Source: Candidatus Omnitrophota bacterium
GTDB taxonomy: Bacteria > Omnitrophota > Gorgyraeia > Zapsychrales > JANLHA01
DNA: 64,000 bases
Assembly (NCBI GenBank): GCA_020632555.1
Contig: JACKFI010000008.1
Coordinates: 638-64,637 of the forward strand
Direction: 5' to 3'
Part shown: positions 27,156 to 36,749 of the stretch, in pieces
Position numbering within the stretch: the stretch's first letter is position 1
How the letters are laid out: each line of letters starts with the position of its first letter
Notes under the pieces: generated by a model
Databases searched by the model: none
Seen by the model: only the letters and a program-made list of their open reading frames with translations
What the model was told of the DNA's origin: nothing
Translations under genes and position numbers: made by a program

Positions 27156-30100
27156 TTATTTTCTTATATTAGGTGTAGTATAGAAATTAGTGTTATTGCT
27201 GTCGTCGATGACATTGATAATGACGTAATCAGATGATGTTAGTTCCCCGTCGCTAGCTGTTAATCTAAAGATGTAAAATCCTTTTTGAGGAAATTTGACA
27301 GAGGTTGTTAAACTATTGGGATTGTCGAGAATGGCTTGTGATCTGCCATAAATTTGACTCCAGGAAATTGTAAGTGAATTGTTTGGATTTCCGTCATCTG
27401 TCGCTTTGCCTTGTAAAGTGACAGATGAGTTGAGTTGGACACGTTGGTGTAAGCCGGCATCCACAACAGGAGCTTTGTTGTTGGTAATGGGCTTGAAATT
27501 AGCGGTAACAGATTTATTGCCGTCGATAGTGATTGTCACGGGATTGCTTGAGCTGCTGATATCTCCGCTCCAAGAATCAAACTGATAACCTTTGTTTGGA
27601 ATAGCAGTTAAAGTGACTTTGTCGCCGGCTTGATAACTGGCTTGATTGGGACTTCGGGTAACTGCCCCGTTGGTTGCGGTTGTATTTAAAGTGTATGCAG
27701 GAACAGCTTTGACCGTGACGATAATATCGTCGCTGGAAGATAATTCACCGTCACTGACGGTGAGTCTTAGCATATAAGTTCCTGTCGCATAGAATGAAAC
27801 TGATGTTGTTAAAGCATGCTTGTCAGTAAATAATGCACTGCTGGGTCCTTCAACCATGCTCCAAGTTGAAGTTAATGTTTGGCTGGGCAATCCATCATCA
27901 GTTGCGCTGCCACGCAAACTAGCCGTATTGGGCAATTGAATGGTTTGATCTGTGCCTGCATTGACGACGGGAGCTTTGTTGGTAATGATCAAGGTAAAAT
28001 TAGCGGTAACAGATTTATTGCCGTCGATAGTGATTGTCACGGGATTGCTTGAGCTGCTGATATCTCCGCTCCAAGAATCAAACTGATAACCTTTGTTTGG
28101 AATAGCAGTTAAAGTGACTTTGTCGCCGGCTTGATAACTGGCTTGATTGGGACTTCGGGTAACTGCCCCGTTGGTTGCTGCTGTATTTAAAGTGAATGTC
28201 GAAACGGCTTTGACCGTGACGACAATATCGTCGCTGGAAGATAATTCACCGTCACTGACGGTGAGTCTTAGCATATAAGTTCCTGCCGCATAGAATGAAA
28301 CTGATGTTGTTAAAGCATGTTTGTCGGTGAATAATGCACTGCTGGGTCCTTCAACCATGCTCCAAGTTGAAGTTAATGTTTGATTGGGCAGCCCATCATC
28401 AGTTGCGCTGCCATGCAAACTAGCCGTATTGGGCAATTGAATGGTTTGATCTGTGCCTGCATTGACGACGGGAGCTTTGTTGGTAATGATCAAGGTAAAA
28501 TTAGCGGTAACAGATTTATTGCCGTCGATAGTGATTGTCACGGGATTGCTTGAGCTGCTGATATCTCCGCTCCAAGAATCAAACTGATAACCTTTGTTTG
28601 GAATAGCAGTTAAAGTCACTTTGTCGCCGGCTTGATAACTGGCTTGATTGGGACTTCGGGTAACTGCCCCGTTGGTTGCTGCTGTATTTAAAGTGAATGT
28701 CGAAACGGCTTTGACCGTGACGACAATATCGTCGCTGGAAGATAATTCACCGTCGGAAACGGTCAATCTCAATAAATACGTCCCTGCTGTTGAAAAGGCA
28801 GCGGATGTTTTAAGTGCCTGTGCATTGGCAAAGGTCACTTGCCCAGCCCCTTCGACCAGACTCCATTGAGACGTTAATGTTTGATTGGGCAGCCCATCAT
28901 CAGTTGCACCACCACTTAGATTGACAGTATTGGGCAATTGAATGGTTTGATCTGTGCCTGCATTGACGACGGGAGCTTTGTTGGTAATGATCAAGGTAAA
29001 ATTAGCGGTAACAGATTTATTGCCGTCGATAGTGATTGTCACGGGATTGCTTGAGCTGCTGATATCTCCGCTCCAAGAATCAAACTGATAACCTTTGTTT
29101 GGAATAGCAGTTAAAGTGACTTTGTCGCCAGCTTGATAGCTGGCTTGATTGGGACTTCGGGTAACTGCCCCGTTGGTTGCTGCTGTATTTAAAGTGAATG
29201 TCGAAACGGCTTTGACCGTGACGACAATATCGTCGCTGGAAGATAATTCACCGTCACTGACGGTGAGTCTTAGCATATAAGTTCCTGCCGCATAGAATGA
29301 AACTGATGTTGTTAAAGCATGTTTGTCGGTGAATAATGCACTGCTGGGTCCTTCAACCATGCTCCAAGTTGAAGTTAATGTTTGGCTGGGCAGCCCATCA
29401 TCAGTTGCACCACCACTTAGATTGACAGTATTGGGCAATTGAATGGTTTGATCTGTGCCTGCATTGACGACGGGAGCTTTGTTGGTAATGATCAAGGTAA
29501 AATTAGCGGTAACAGATTTATTGCCGTCGATAGTGATTGTCACGGGATTGCTTGAGCTGCTGATATCTCCGCTCCAAGAATCAAACTGATAACCTTTGTT
29601 TGGAATAGCAGTTAAAGTCACTTTGTCGCCGGCTTGATAACTGGCTTGATTGGGACTTCGGGTAACTGCCCCGTTGGTTGCTGCTGTATTTAAAGTGAAT
29701 GTCGAAACGGCTTTGACCGTGACGACAATATCGTCGCTGGAAGATAATTCACCGTCGGAAACGGTCAATCTCAATAAATATGTTCCTGCTGTTGAAAATG
29801 ATACAGATGTATTAAGTGCTTGCGCGTTGGCAAAGGCTACTTGGCTGGGGCCTTGGATAAGGCTCCAAGTTGAAGTTAATGTTTGGCTGGGCAGCCCATC
29901 ATCAGTTGCGCTGCCACGCAAACTAGCCGTATTGGGCAATTGAATGGTTTGATCTGTGCCTGCATTGACGACGGGAGCTTTGTTGATAATGATCAAGGTA
30001 AAATTAGCGGTAACAGATTTATTGCCGTCGATAGTGATTGTCACGGGATTGCTTGAGCTGCTGATATCTCCGCTCCAAGAATCAAACTGATAACCTTTGT

Positions 30101-32306
30101 TTGGAATAGCAGTTAAAGTCACTTTGTCACCAGCTTGATAACTGGCTTGATTGGGACTTCGGGTAACTGCCCCGTTGGTTGCTGCTGTATTTAAAGTGAA
30201 TGTCGAAACGGCTTTGACTGTGACGACAATATCGTCGCTGGAAGATAATTCACCGTCAGAAACAGTCAATCTCAATAAATACGTTCCTGCTGTTGAAAAT
30301 GATACAGATGTATTAAGTGCTTGCGCGTTGGCAAAGGCTACTTGGCTGGGGCCTTGGATAAGGCTCCAAGTTGAAGTTAATGTTTGACTGGGCAATCCAT
30401 CATCAGTTGCGCTGCCATGCAAACTAGCCGTATTGGGCAATTGAATGGTTTGATCTGTGCCTGCATTGACGACGGGAGCTTTGTTGGTAATGATCAAGGT
30501 AAAATTAGCGGTAACAGATTTATTGCCGTCGATAGTGATTGTCACGGGATTGCTTGAGCTGCTGATATCTCCGCTCCAAGAATTAAATTTATAACCTTTG
30601 TATGGTATTGCGGTTAAAGTTATTGTGTCGCCTAATCCATAGCTTGATTGTGTAGGATTTATAAGGATACTTCCGTTAATGGCGGAAGTTGTTACAGTAT
30701 ATCTGGCAGTATTGTAGTTATAATCGGCCCATGAATTGATGAATGCAAGGCTTGAGCTGATTCTATCGAATTCTCTGGGAGTTCCGTTACCGACAATTTC
30801 TTCACCGGTTGCAGTATTAATGAGTTTGAAATTTTTCAGTATTGTTGAATTCCCGGCCGCGTTATCAAAGACTTGAATATAATATCGAGTTAATGTTGAG
30901 CCAGAAGGGAGAAGATCGGTAAAGTCAACGACGAAATTTCCGTCTATTGCGGTGGTTGATCCATTGTAGGAAAAAGCTCCGCCATTATAATGAGGTTGAC
31001 CCAAGGAATAGTTAGTGATTGTTGGTGTTGTAGCTGTTGTATTTGAAGTTCCTAAAACGATCAGATTTTGATTTCTTTGTGCTTGATTGAGTGTAAATTG
31101 ACCGATGAGTTTTGGTGTGTAATTAGATTTGACCGTCATGACATAAGCCCAATTGCCCCAAATGGCTCCTTCTCGTGCTGTTGGAGCCCCAGCGACTTTA
31201 GATGTGGTTTGGATGGCGTCATAAGCTAACCACATAAAGCCACTATTTCCCCAGCCGCTGCCCCAAGAGTTAGCGATTTTCAAAGCGCCCAATTCACCGG
31301 TATCAACAACACCATTGCCATTAATATCCGTCCAAATATCATCATTGTAGCCGACGATGGTCATCGAATGGCCACCTTTGCTATTGTTTATTGCGTAGGA
31401 GGCAATGTTTTGATTGATAAATGGATCGTCTGCAGATGATAAAACATTGTTTTTGATAGTGGTAAATCGCCAGTCATAAATGTAGGTTCCGAAAATAAGA
31501 ATATAACCATTATTCAAAAGTTGTTTGAGCTGTTCTAGCCCAGCTGGGGTGTTAATGTCGCGCGTGTATTGAACAGGATTGATTCGAGCATTAAGAGCAT
31601 TGCGCCAGATTTGGGCGTTGGTTGGCCAAGAAAGGTAATCACTATTATAGGGAAGCTCCGCCCATGTGGGTGCGCCATTGTTTTCCAGAATTTGATAATT
31701 GTCAGAAAAAGAAGATCCAGCATTTTGTCCGTAATTAATGAGGTTATAAACAAATTTTGGTGAGTAAACAACATTTGTATCTCCGGTATTAATGGCAATA
31801 TCTTTATCGCGAGCCTGCATGTAAGAAAGTTGGTAATAGGTGATTGAAAAAGGAGCACAAGAACCCAGTGACCCTTGGCTTCTAATTGGTGGAAACCAGG
31901 GATTTTGACTATTGTCAACAAAGGTTGGCAAGGTGCCTCCAACTTGGGATGAATAGCTGGCAGATAAAGATAGTGAAGAAACACCTGAACTTGTTGTTGA
32001 GGGATCAATTTCAGATTCAATATCTTGGTTATTATCAGCAATAATTTCCTGCTGAACTGTAGCGCGGCGCAGGGTCCTTCCTTGTTTTTTTAATTGAGCC
32101 TTGATGCGGTCATTTCCCAGCTGGTTAATATGGACTTTTTTAATACGTTTTCCGTTGTAGCGGATAAAGTCATCACTGGCTTGACTGTTGATTAAACCAG
32201 TCGGCTGCGAATGGTCGGTTTTCCAATCCTCTGCATACAAAGGTTGAGAATAAATGGTTAATAAGGCTAATAATGTGAAAATAATAAGGCAAGAACGTCT
32301 GATCAT
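27156..32306 (-). CDS. Giant secreted papain-like (C1) cysteine protease with 7 tandem [InlB-B-repeat-like + PKD-like] modules
   Basis: The ORF opens at 32381. MIRRSCLIIFTLLALLTIYSQPLYA (signal peptide) starts at ATG 32306 behind AAAGGAAA. C1 catalytic blocks QGSLGSCAPFS, GGHSMTIVGY, NSWGSGWGNSGFMW. Seven ~167-aa units follow, each of form ...NGAVTRSPNQASYQAGDKVTLTAIPNKGYQFDSWSGD...NKAPVVNAGTDQTIQLP...LRLTVSDGELSSSDDIVVTV. Confidence 0.85.
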   Translation of the reverse strand: MIRRSCLIIFTLLALLTIYSQPLYAEDWKTDHSQPTGLINSQASDDFIRYNGKRIKKVHINQLGNDRIKAQLKKQGRTLRRATVQQEIIADNNQDIESEIDPSTTSSGVSSLSLSASYSSQVGGTLPTFVDNSQNPWFPPIRSQGSLGSCAPFSITYYQLSYMQARDKDIAINTGDTNVVYSPKFVYNLINYGQNAGSSFSDNYQILENNGAPTWAELPYNSDYLSWPTNAQIWRNALNARINPVQYTRDINTPAGLEQLKQLLNNGYILIFGTYIYDWRFTTIKNNVLSSADDPFINQNIASYAINNSKGGHSMTIVGYNDDIWTDINGNGVVDTGELGALKIANSWGSGWGNSGFMWLAYDAIQTTSKVAGAPTAREGAIWGNWAYVMTVKSNYTPKLIGQFTLNQAQRNQNLIVLGTSNTTATTPTITNYSLGQPHYNGGAFSYNGSTTAIDGNFVVDFTDLLPSGSTLTRYYIQVFDNAAGNSTILKNFKLINTATGEEIVGNGTPREFDRISSSLAFINSWADYNYNTARYTVTTSAINGSILINPTQSSYGLGDTITLTAIPYKGYKFNSWSGDISSSSNPVTITIDGNKSVTANFTLIITNKAPVVNAGTDQTIQLPNTASLHGSATDDGLPSQTLTSTWSLIQGPSQVAFANAQALNTSVSFSTAGTYLLRLTVSDGELSSSDDIVVTVKAVSTFTLNTAATNGAVTRSPNQASYQAGDKVTLTAIPNKGYQFDSWSGDISSSSNPVTITIDGNKSVTANFTLIIINKAPVVNAGTDQTIQLPNTASLRGSATDDGLPSQTLTSTWSLIQGPSQVAFANAQALNTSVSFSTAGTYLLRLTVSDGELSSSDDIVVTVKAVSTFTLNTAATNGAVTRSPNQASYQAGDKVTLTAIPNKGYQFDSWSGDISSSSNPVTITIDGNKSVTANFTLIITNKAPVVNAGTDQTIQLPNTVNLSGGATDDGLPSQTLTSTWSMVEGPSSALFTDKHALTTSVSFYAAGTYMLRLTVSDGELSSSDDIVVTVKAVSTFTLNTAATNGAVTRSPNQASYQAGDKVTLTAIPNKGYQFDSWSGDISSSSNPVTITIDGNKSVTANFTLIITNKAPVVNAGTDQTIQLPNTVNLSGGATDDGLPNQTLTSQWSLVEGAGQVTFANAQALKTSAAFSTAGTYLLRLTVSDGELSSSDDIVVTVKAVSTFTLNTAATNGAVTRSPNQASYQAGDKVTLTAIPNKGYQFDSWSGDISSSSNPVTITIDGNKSVTANFTLIITNKAPVVNAGTDQTIQLPNTASLHGSATDDGLPNQTLTSTWSMVEGPSSALFTDKHALTTSVSFYAAGTYMLRLTVSDGELSSSDDIVVTVKAVSTFTLNTAATNGAVTRSPNQASYQAGDKVTLTAIPNKGYQFDSWSGDISSSSNPVTITIDGNKSVTANFTLIITNKAPVVNAGTDQTIQLPNTASLRGSATDDGLPSQTLTSTWSMVEGPSSALFTDKHALTTSVSFYATGTYMLRLTVSDGELSSSDDIIVTVKAVPAYTLNTTATNGAVTRSPNQASYQAGDKVTLTAIPNKGYQFDSWSGDISSSSNPVTITIDGNKSVTANFKPITNNKAPVVDAGLHQRVQLNSSVTLQGKATDDGNPNNSLTISWSQIYGRSQAILDNPNSLTTSVKFPQKGFYIFRLTASDGELTSSDYVIINVIDDSNNTNFYTTPNIRK
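27470..30600. repeat. Intragenic tandem repeat, 501-bp period, ~6 near-identical copies plus diverged flanking copies
   Basis: The marker AGCGGTAACAGATTTATTGCCGTCGATAGTGATTGTCACGGG recurs at 27501, 28002, 28503, 29004, 29505, 30006 and 30507, an exact 501-bp spacing. The unit is in-frame (167 codons). Confidence 0.95.
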
Positions 32307-32466
32307 GATTAATTTCCTTTCAGTATTAATGTATTGTGTGCCAGAAGTCAGCAGAGCAGAAAAAGCTTTGGTATTTGTCAAACACGATGTTCTCGTGAGA
32401 GTTTACCTGATGAAATGGACAGAAGCAAGGGCATGGGGAGTTTTAGGGGATTATTTTCTTAATTAA

Positions 32467-32507
32467 TAAAAAAACCAGCCAGCGACAGATGTCACTGGCT
32501 GGTTTTT
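32467..32507 (-). terminator. Bidirectional-looking terminator after the S8 protease gene
   Basis: A-run, then CCAGCCAG (32475-32482) ... CTGGCTGG (32495-32502), then T-run. It lies 12 nt beyond the S8 stop, so the giant protease has its own promoter. Confidence 0.75.
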
Positions 32508-32518
32508 GAATATAACTG

Positions 32519-34330
32519 TTATTTTCGAGATGTTCTAAAGTTGCTAACTAATGTTGTCTCATTTGAGCTGCCATCATTGCTGATGACTGTTATTTTATAG
32601 AAATATCGTGTGGATTTTGTTAGATTCTTTAGGGTTATAACGTGATCGGTTGCCAGTGTGTTATCCGTTGCGGAAAGATTTAAGCTGGATTTTGCTGTTC
32701 CGTAAGAAATAATGCCAGTCGAAGGCAAATTTGTCGTCCAAGCAATGGTTGCTGTTGTCGCATTCTTTTCTGTGACTGAATAGGAATTAATGCTGACAAT
32801 TTGAGGTGCTTGGGGAATGATTGCGGTTGCAACATTGCTAGCTTGAGAAATATTGCCAGCTGCGTCAAAAGCTTTAATCGTGTAATTATATGTTGCCTCA
32901 GGAACAACCGTATTGTCACTATAGCTTGTCATTGTGTTTGTTCCAATTTCAATATTATCGCGATAAATTTTATAACCGCTTACGCCGACCAAATCGATTG
33001 ACGCATTCCATGACATTTGGACACTGGTACTGTCTAATGCTGTGATAATAAGATTGGTTGGTGCTGTTGGAGGTGTTGTATCAACATTGCCTGTTGCATT
33101 TCTTGCGGCTAAAACAGCAGCTGCCGCATTCACGCGACCCCATCCATAGTATAGATCCCAACCAACAGAACCTAGATCAACAGCTGTTGATTTTAAAATA
33201 CTTTCCGCTTGATCAGGTGTTAAATTTGGATTAGCGGCAAAAATCAAAGCAAGAACAGCTGCAGTTGTTGGCGTGGCAAAAGAAGTTCCTGAAACGCTCG
33301 TGTAACCGCCGCTTGAGCTGGTTGTATAAATGCCGACGCCTGGAGCTGAAATATCAATTGCGTCACCATAGTTAGACCAACCTGCTCTATTGTCATTAGC
33401 GTCTGTAGCCGCAACAGTAATAACGGATGTTGGGTTAGGTGTGGTCAATAAGACCCCTTCATTTCCGGCAGCAGCAAGAAATAAACCATTTTTGCTGCGC
33501 AAATAACTGGCCGCACTTTGTACAGAAGCACTATTAGAGGAAGCATAGCTGTTGGTTGCAATTTTTGCGCCATGATCAGCTGCATAAACAATGCCATTGG
33601 CAACATCTGAAAAGTAAGCGTAACCTGTCGTATCGTTTGTAATACGAATGGGCATGATTTTTGCTTCAAAAGCTACGCCAGCAGAGCCAATATTATTATT
33701 GCCAGTTTCTGCGACAACTCCTGCGACTTTTGTTCCGTGCCCGTAAATATCAGTAAAATCATTGTTGTTGCTGATAACATTCCAGCCAGAAATACAATTT
33801 GCCACAAGGTCAGCATGGTTGCAATTGACTCCAGTATCAAGCACGGCTACCACAACACCTTGACCTTTGGTTGTATTCCAGGCAGAAGGAGCTTCAATTT
33901 TTGTTGCGTGCCATTGATCTGAGAAGTTGGGGTCATTGGGGATAAGGCTAGGTTCAATGAGAGCATCTACTTCTGCAAATTCAATGGTATTTGTTTCTTG
34001 CGCATTGAGTCGATCAACAACTTCCTGTGGAGTATCGTCTAGTGAAATGCTAAGGAGTTTGATTCCCAGTTGACGAATTTCTTTCTTCTCTTTCAGATTG
34101 TGCTTAGAGAGAAGTTTATCTTTGGCCATCGGGCTGGCATTATTTTTGAATTTAACAATGATATGGTCGCTTGCTTCGCCAAGATGGCGTCCTTTAGAAA
34201 TATCAGAAGATTTTTCTGATGCTTGCGATGGTATTTTGGGTGCGGCTAATGCGAATGAAGTAAAGACCAGGAGAATGGTTAGTGAAAGCAAACATTGGCA
34301 GCATTTTCTTGTGTGTTTGAGCCAGTTCAT
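32519..34330 (-). CDS. Secreted subtilisin-like serine protease (S8) with I9 propeptide and two C-terminal FN3 domains
   Basis: 603 aa with a signal peptide (...LLVFTSFALA). Triad blocks VAVLDTGV (D), HGTKVAGVVA (H), SGTSFATPTTAAV (S). FN3-like PPTAPTNLIITALDSTSVQMSWNAS...YKIYRD. Confidence 0.9.
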   Translation of the reverse strand: MNWLKHTRKCCQCLLSLTILLVFTSFALAAPKIPSQASEKSSDISKGRHLGEASDHIIVKFKNNASPMAKDKLLSKHNLKEKKEIRQLGIKLLSISLDDTPQEVVDRLNAQETNTIEFAEVDALIEPSLIPNDPNFSDQWHATKIEAPSAWNTTKGQGVVVAVLDTGVNCNHADLVANCISGWNVISNNNDFTDIYGHGTKVAGVVAETGNNNIGSAGVAFEAKIMPIRITNDTTGYAYFSDVANGIVYAADHGAKIATNSYASSNSASVQSAASYLRSKNGLFLAAAGNEGVLLTTPNPTSVITVAATDANDNRAGWSNYGDAIDISAPGVGIYTTSSSGGYTSVSGTSFATPTTAAVLALIFAANPNLTPDQAESILKSTAVDLGSVGWDLYYGWGRVNAAAAVLAARNATGNVDTTPPTAPTNLIITALDSTSVQMSWNASIDLVGVSGYKIYRDNIEIGTNTMTSYSDNTVVPEATYNYTIKAFDAAGNISQASNVATAIIPQAPQIVSINSYSVTEKNATTATIAWTTNLPSTGIISYGTAKSSLNLSATDNTLATDHVITLKNLTKSTRYFYKITVISNDGSSNETTLVSNFRTSRK

Positions 34331-34545
34331 AACGGATTTCCTTTCTTTGATTATATTGTATAATTGTTCATGTTGTCCGTGTTGTCTGGCGAAAGGGTAA
34401 CATTTTTAGGCCAGAGGAGCAAGTGGGTCGCTGGGTTTTTCCCTTTGAGACACAAAAGAGCTTTTTTAATTTGTGTTTGTTTGAATTAGCTTTATAATTT
34501 CACAGAAGGTATGGGTTTTTAATAAGACTGGGTGTTTCCTATTTA

Positions 34546-35076
34546 GTGATGATAGTTAAGCCGAATAAGAGTATTTTAAAGCGATTATTTAAGCGTCGGC
34601 CTTCGGCTTTGTTTGTTTTACAAATTTTTTTAGTAGCGGTGATTTTGGTTTCTGTTGGTATTGCTGTTTTTCGTTATCAGCGAACAGTTTTTGTGATGGC
34701 AGAACCCAAGAATCATCAGTCGCAAAAAAGCCAATCTGTGGATAGTGTCTTGGCGAAAGATGGTAAGCCATTGAGCTTTTATCAGGATCTTATAAATCAA
34801 CGGGATATTTTTCATTTTCAATCTTCTGTTGTTGAGCCCGTCGGAGAAGTTGGTGAATTGATAACTGCGGCGGATAGCAATTTTTCTTCACGGTATATTG
34901 TGCAGGGTATTGTGATTGATCAAAATTCGCAAGCAATTATTAAAGATATGCAAAGTGCCAAAACACTTTTTGTACATCGCAATGAACAACTCAATGGAGC
35001 AACCCTGGTTGATATTCAGGGCAATCGACTGACTTTTAATCTCAATGGCAAAACTTTCGAATTGATTAAAAAATGA
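34546..35076 (+). CDS. GspC/PilP-like inner-membrane secretin-coupling protein
   Basis: 176 aa. One N-terminal TM (ALFVLQIFLVAVILVSVGIAVF). C-terminal beta domain YIVQGIVIDQNSQAIIKDMQSAKTLFVHRNEQLNGATLVDIQGNRLTF. The stop overlaps the secretin start (ATGA). Confidence 0.5.
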   Translation: MMIVKPNKSILKRLFKRRPSALFVLQIFLVAVILVSVGIAVFRYQRTVFVMAEPKNHQSQKSQSVDSVLAKDGKPLSFYQDLINQRDIFHFQSSVVEPVGEVGELITAADSNFSSRYIVQGIVIDQNSQAIIKDMQSAKTLFVHRNEQLNGATLVDIQGNRLTFNLNGKTFELIKK

Positions 35077-36749
35077 ACTCACCCTTATTGAATTTATTAA
35101 ACATTCGACAGAAGATTATTAAAAATTTTTTACTTGGCGGGATATTGGTGTTTTTTGGGCTGGTGTTGGTGAATGCTCAAGCGCAAGAGAGTGATGTTTT
35201 GCCTGATAACATGTTGCCTGACGTCGTTGCTCAACAGGCGGATGGAGGTGTTTTGGCAGAACCGGCAGTTGCGCCAATTGTTAAAAGGGATGTTGGGATG
35301 ACCATTAGCCCAGGTTTTAAAAGTGATGAGGGCAGCGCGGGAAGCTTGACGCTGATTGATGAATTGGATTTAAAGAATGTGGATATTGCGGATGTTTTAA
35401 AATTGGTTTCGCAAAAAAGCGGAATGAACATCGTTGTTGGCAGTACGGTTGCGGGTAACGTGACTTTGTATTTGAAGAATGTCACAGCTTTGGATGTGTT
35501 GGGTATTATTTCTAAAACAAATGATTTGGCTTATGTTCAAGAAGCCAGATTGATTCATGTTATGACGGGTGCGGATTATGAAAGAATTTATGGCCGAAAG
35601 TTTTTTAATCAAAATAAAATTATTTTGCAAAAGTTAAATTATATCAGTATCGCTGAAGCTGTTCCTATGCTTGAGCGAATGAAAAGTCCCAATGGTGTTA
35701 TTCTTGCTGATGCCCGCAGCGGCACCATTTCTTTAAATGATTTGCCGGAGAATATTCTGGATATGGTGGCTTTTATCCGTGAGATTGATGTCCCGCGGAT
35801 GACCAAGGTCTTTCATTTGACCTATGCCACGGCAGAAGATTTAGCGGAAAGAATCACGCTGATCCTGACACCGACGGTTGGGTCAATGCGGTTTGATAAG
35901 CGAACCAATAAGATTTCGGTGACCGATATTCCTGATAAGATTCGGGAAATTGAGCAGATGATTATTGCGTTTGATGTTAAAGAACAGCAAGTTTCCATTG
36001 AAGCTAAAATTGTGCAGGTTATTTTGAGTGATCAATTCCAAATGGGGGTCAATTGGCAGGCTGTTTTGAATACAGCACATGATTTGAATGCGATTAGCAA
36101 TTTTGATGTTTTAGGATCAACGGCAAAACATGGGCGGATGAGCATTGGGACTTTGGCGGATGATAATTATACAGCGATGATTGAGGCTTTACAGACTTTT
36201 GGCAAGACGGAGAATCTTTCTAACCCGCATATTATGGTTACTAATAATCAAGAAGCGAAGATTTTGGTGGGTTCCAGTGAGCCTTATGTGACTTCAACAA
36301 CAACGACGCCATCTTCTGGACCGACCACAACAGCCGAAACGATCAATTTTATTGAAGTCGGGGTTAAGCTATATGTCACGCCAACGGTTCATCAAGACGG
36401 TTATATCACAATGAAAATTAAGCCGGAAGTCAGTGCGGTGACCCGCAATGTGACGACCAGCAATAATAATACCATTCCCGTAGTGGAGACGTCAGAAGCT
36501 GAAACAACAGTGTTGGTCAAGAATGGCGTGACTATTGTGATTGGTGGATTGATTAAAGATGAGACGATTAATACCGATTTAAGCGTTCCGATACTGGGCA
36601 AGATTCCTCTGCTGGGTGCCGCTTTTCGCAGCAAAGATCATTACAATCGTAAAACAGAATTGGTTATATTTTTAACTCCTCGCATAGTTTCAGGTGGCCC
36701 ATCAATTGCGCAAAAATCAGAAAAACTTAAATCTGACTCCTTGCAATGA
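35073..36749 (+). CDS. gspD: Secretin (GspD/PilQ family)
   Basis: 558 aa with a signal peptide. N-domain DLKNVDIADVLKLVSQKSGMNIVVG. C-terminal secretin core ...TVLVKNGVTIVIGGLIKDE...VPILGKIPLLGAAFRSKDHYNRKTELVIFLTPRIV. Confidence 0.9.
   Translation: MNSPLLNLLNIRQKIIKNFLLGGILVFFGLVLVNAQAQESDVLPDNMLPDVVAQQADGGVLAEPAVAPIVKRDVGMTISPGFKSDEGSAGSLTLIDELDLKNVDIADVLKLVSQKSGMNIVVGSTVAGNVTLYLKNVTALDVLGIISKTNDLAYVQEARLIHVMTGADYERIYGRKFFNQNKIILQKLNYISIAEAVPMLERMKSPNGVILADARSGTISLNDLPENILDMVAFIREIDVPRMTKVFHLTYATAEDLAERITLILTPTVGSMRFDKRTNKISVTDIPDKIREIEQMIIAFDVKEQQVSIEAKIVQVILSDQFQMGVNWQAVLNTAHDLNAISNFDVLGSTAKHGRMSIGTLADDNYTAMIEALQTFGKTENLSNPHIMVTNNQEAKILVGSSEPYVTSTTTTPSSGPTTTAETINFIEVGVKLYVTPTVHQDGYITMKIKPEVSAVTRNVTTSNNNTIPVVETSEAETTVLVKNGVTIVIGGLIKDETINTDLSVPILGKIPLLGAAFRSKDHYNRKTELVIFLTPRIVSGGPSIAQKSEKLKSDSLQ

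Noticed and set aside
27379-30387. Plus-strand ORFs inside the giant gene (27379-27585, 28648-28869, 29650-29943, 30151-30387), three of them with identical N-termini
   Set aside because: They lie antisense to a strongly supported 1,716-aa CDS. They recur only because the underlying 501-bp DNA repeat recurs. They are shadow ORFs.
27470-30600. Diversity-generating retroelement (DGR) as the source of the variable cassettes
   Set aside because: No reverse transcriptase, template repeat or IMH-like element is present in the window. The variation consists of discrete shared alleles (A/B/C) reused between units, which fits recombination rather than adenine-targeted mutagenesis.
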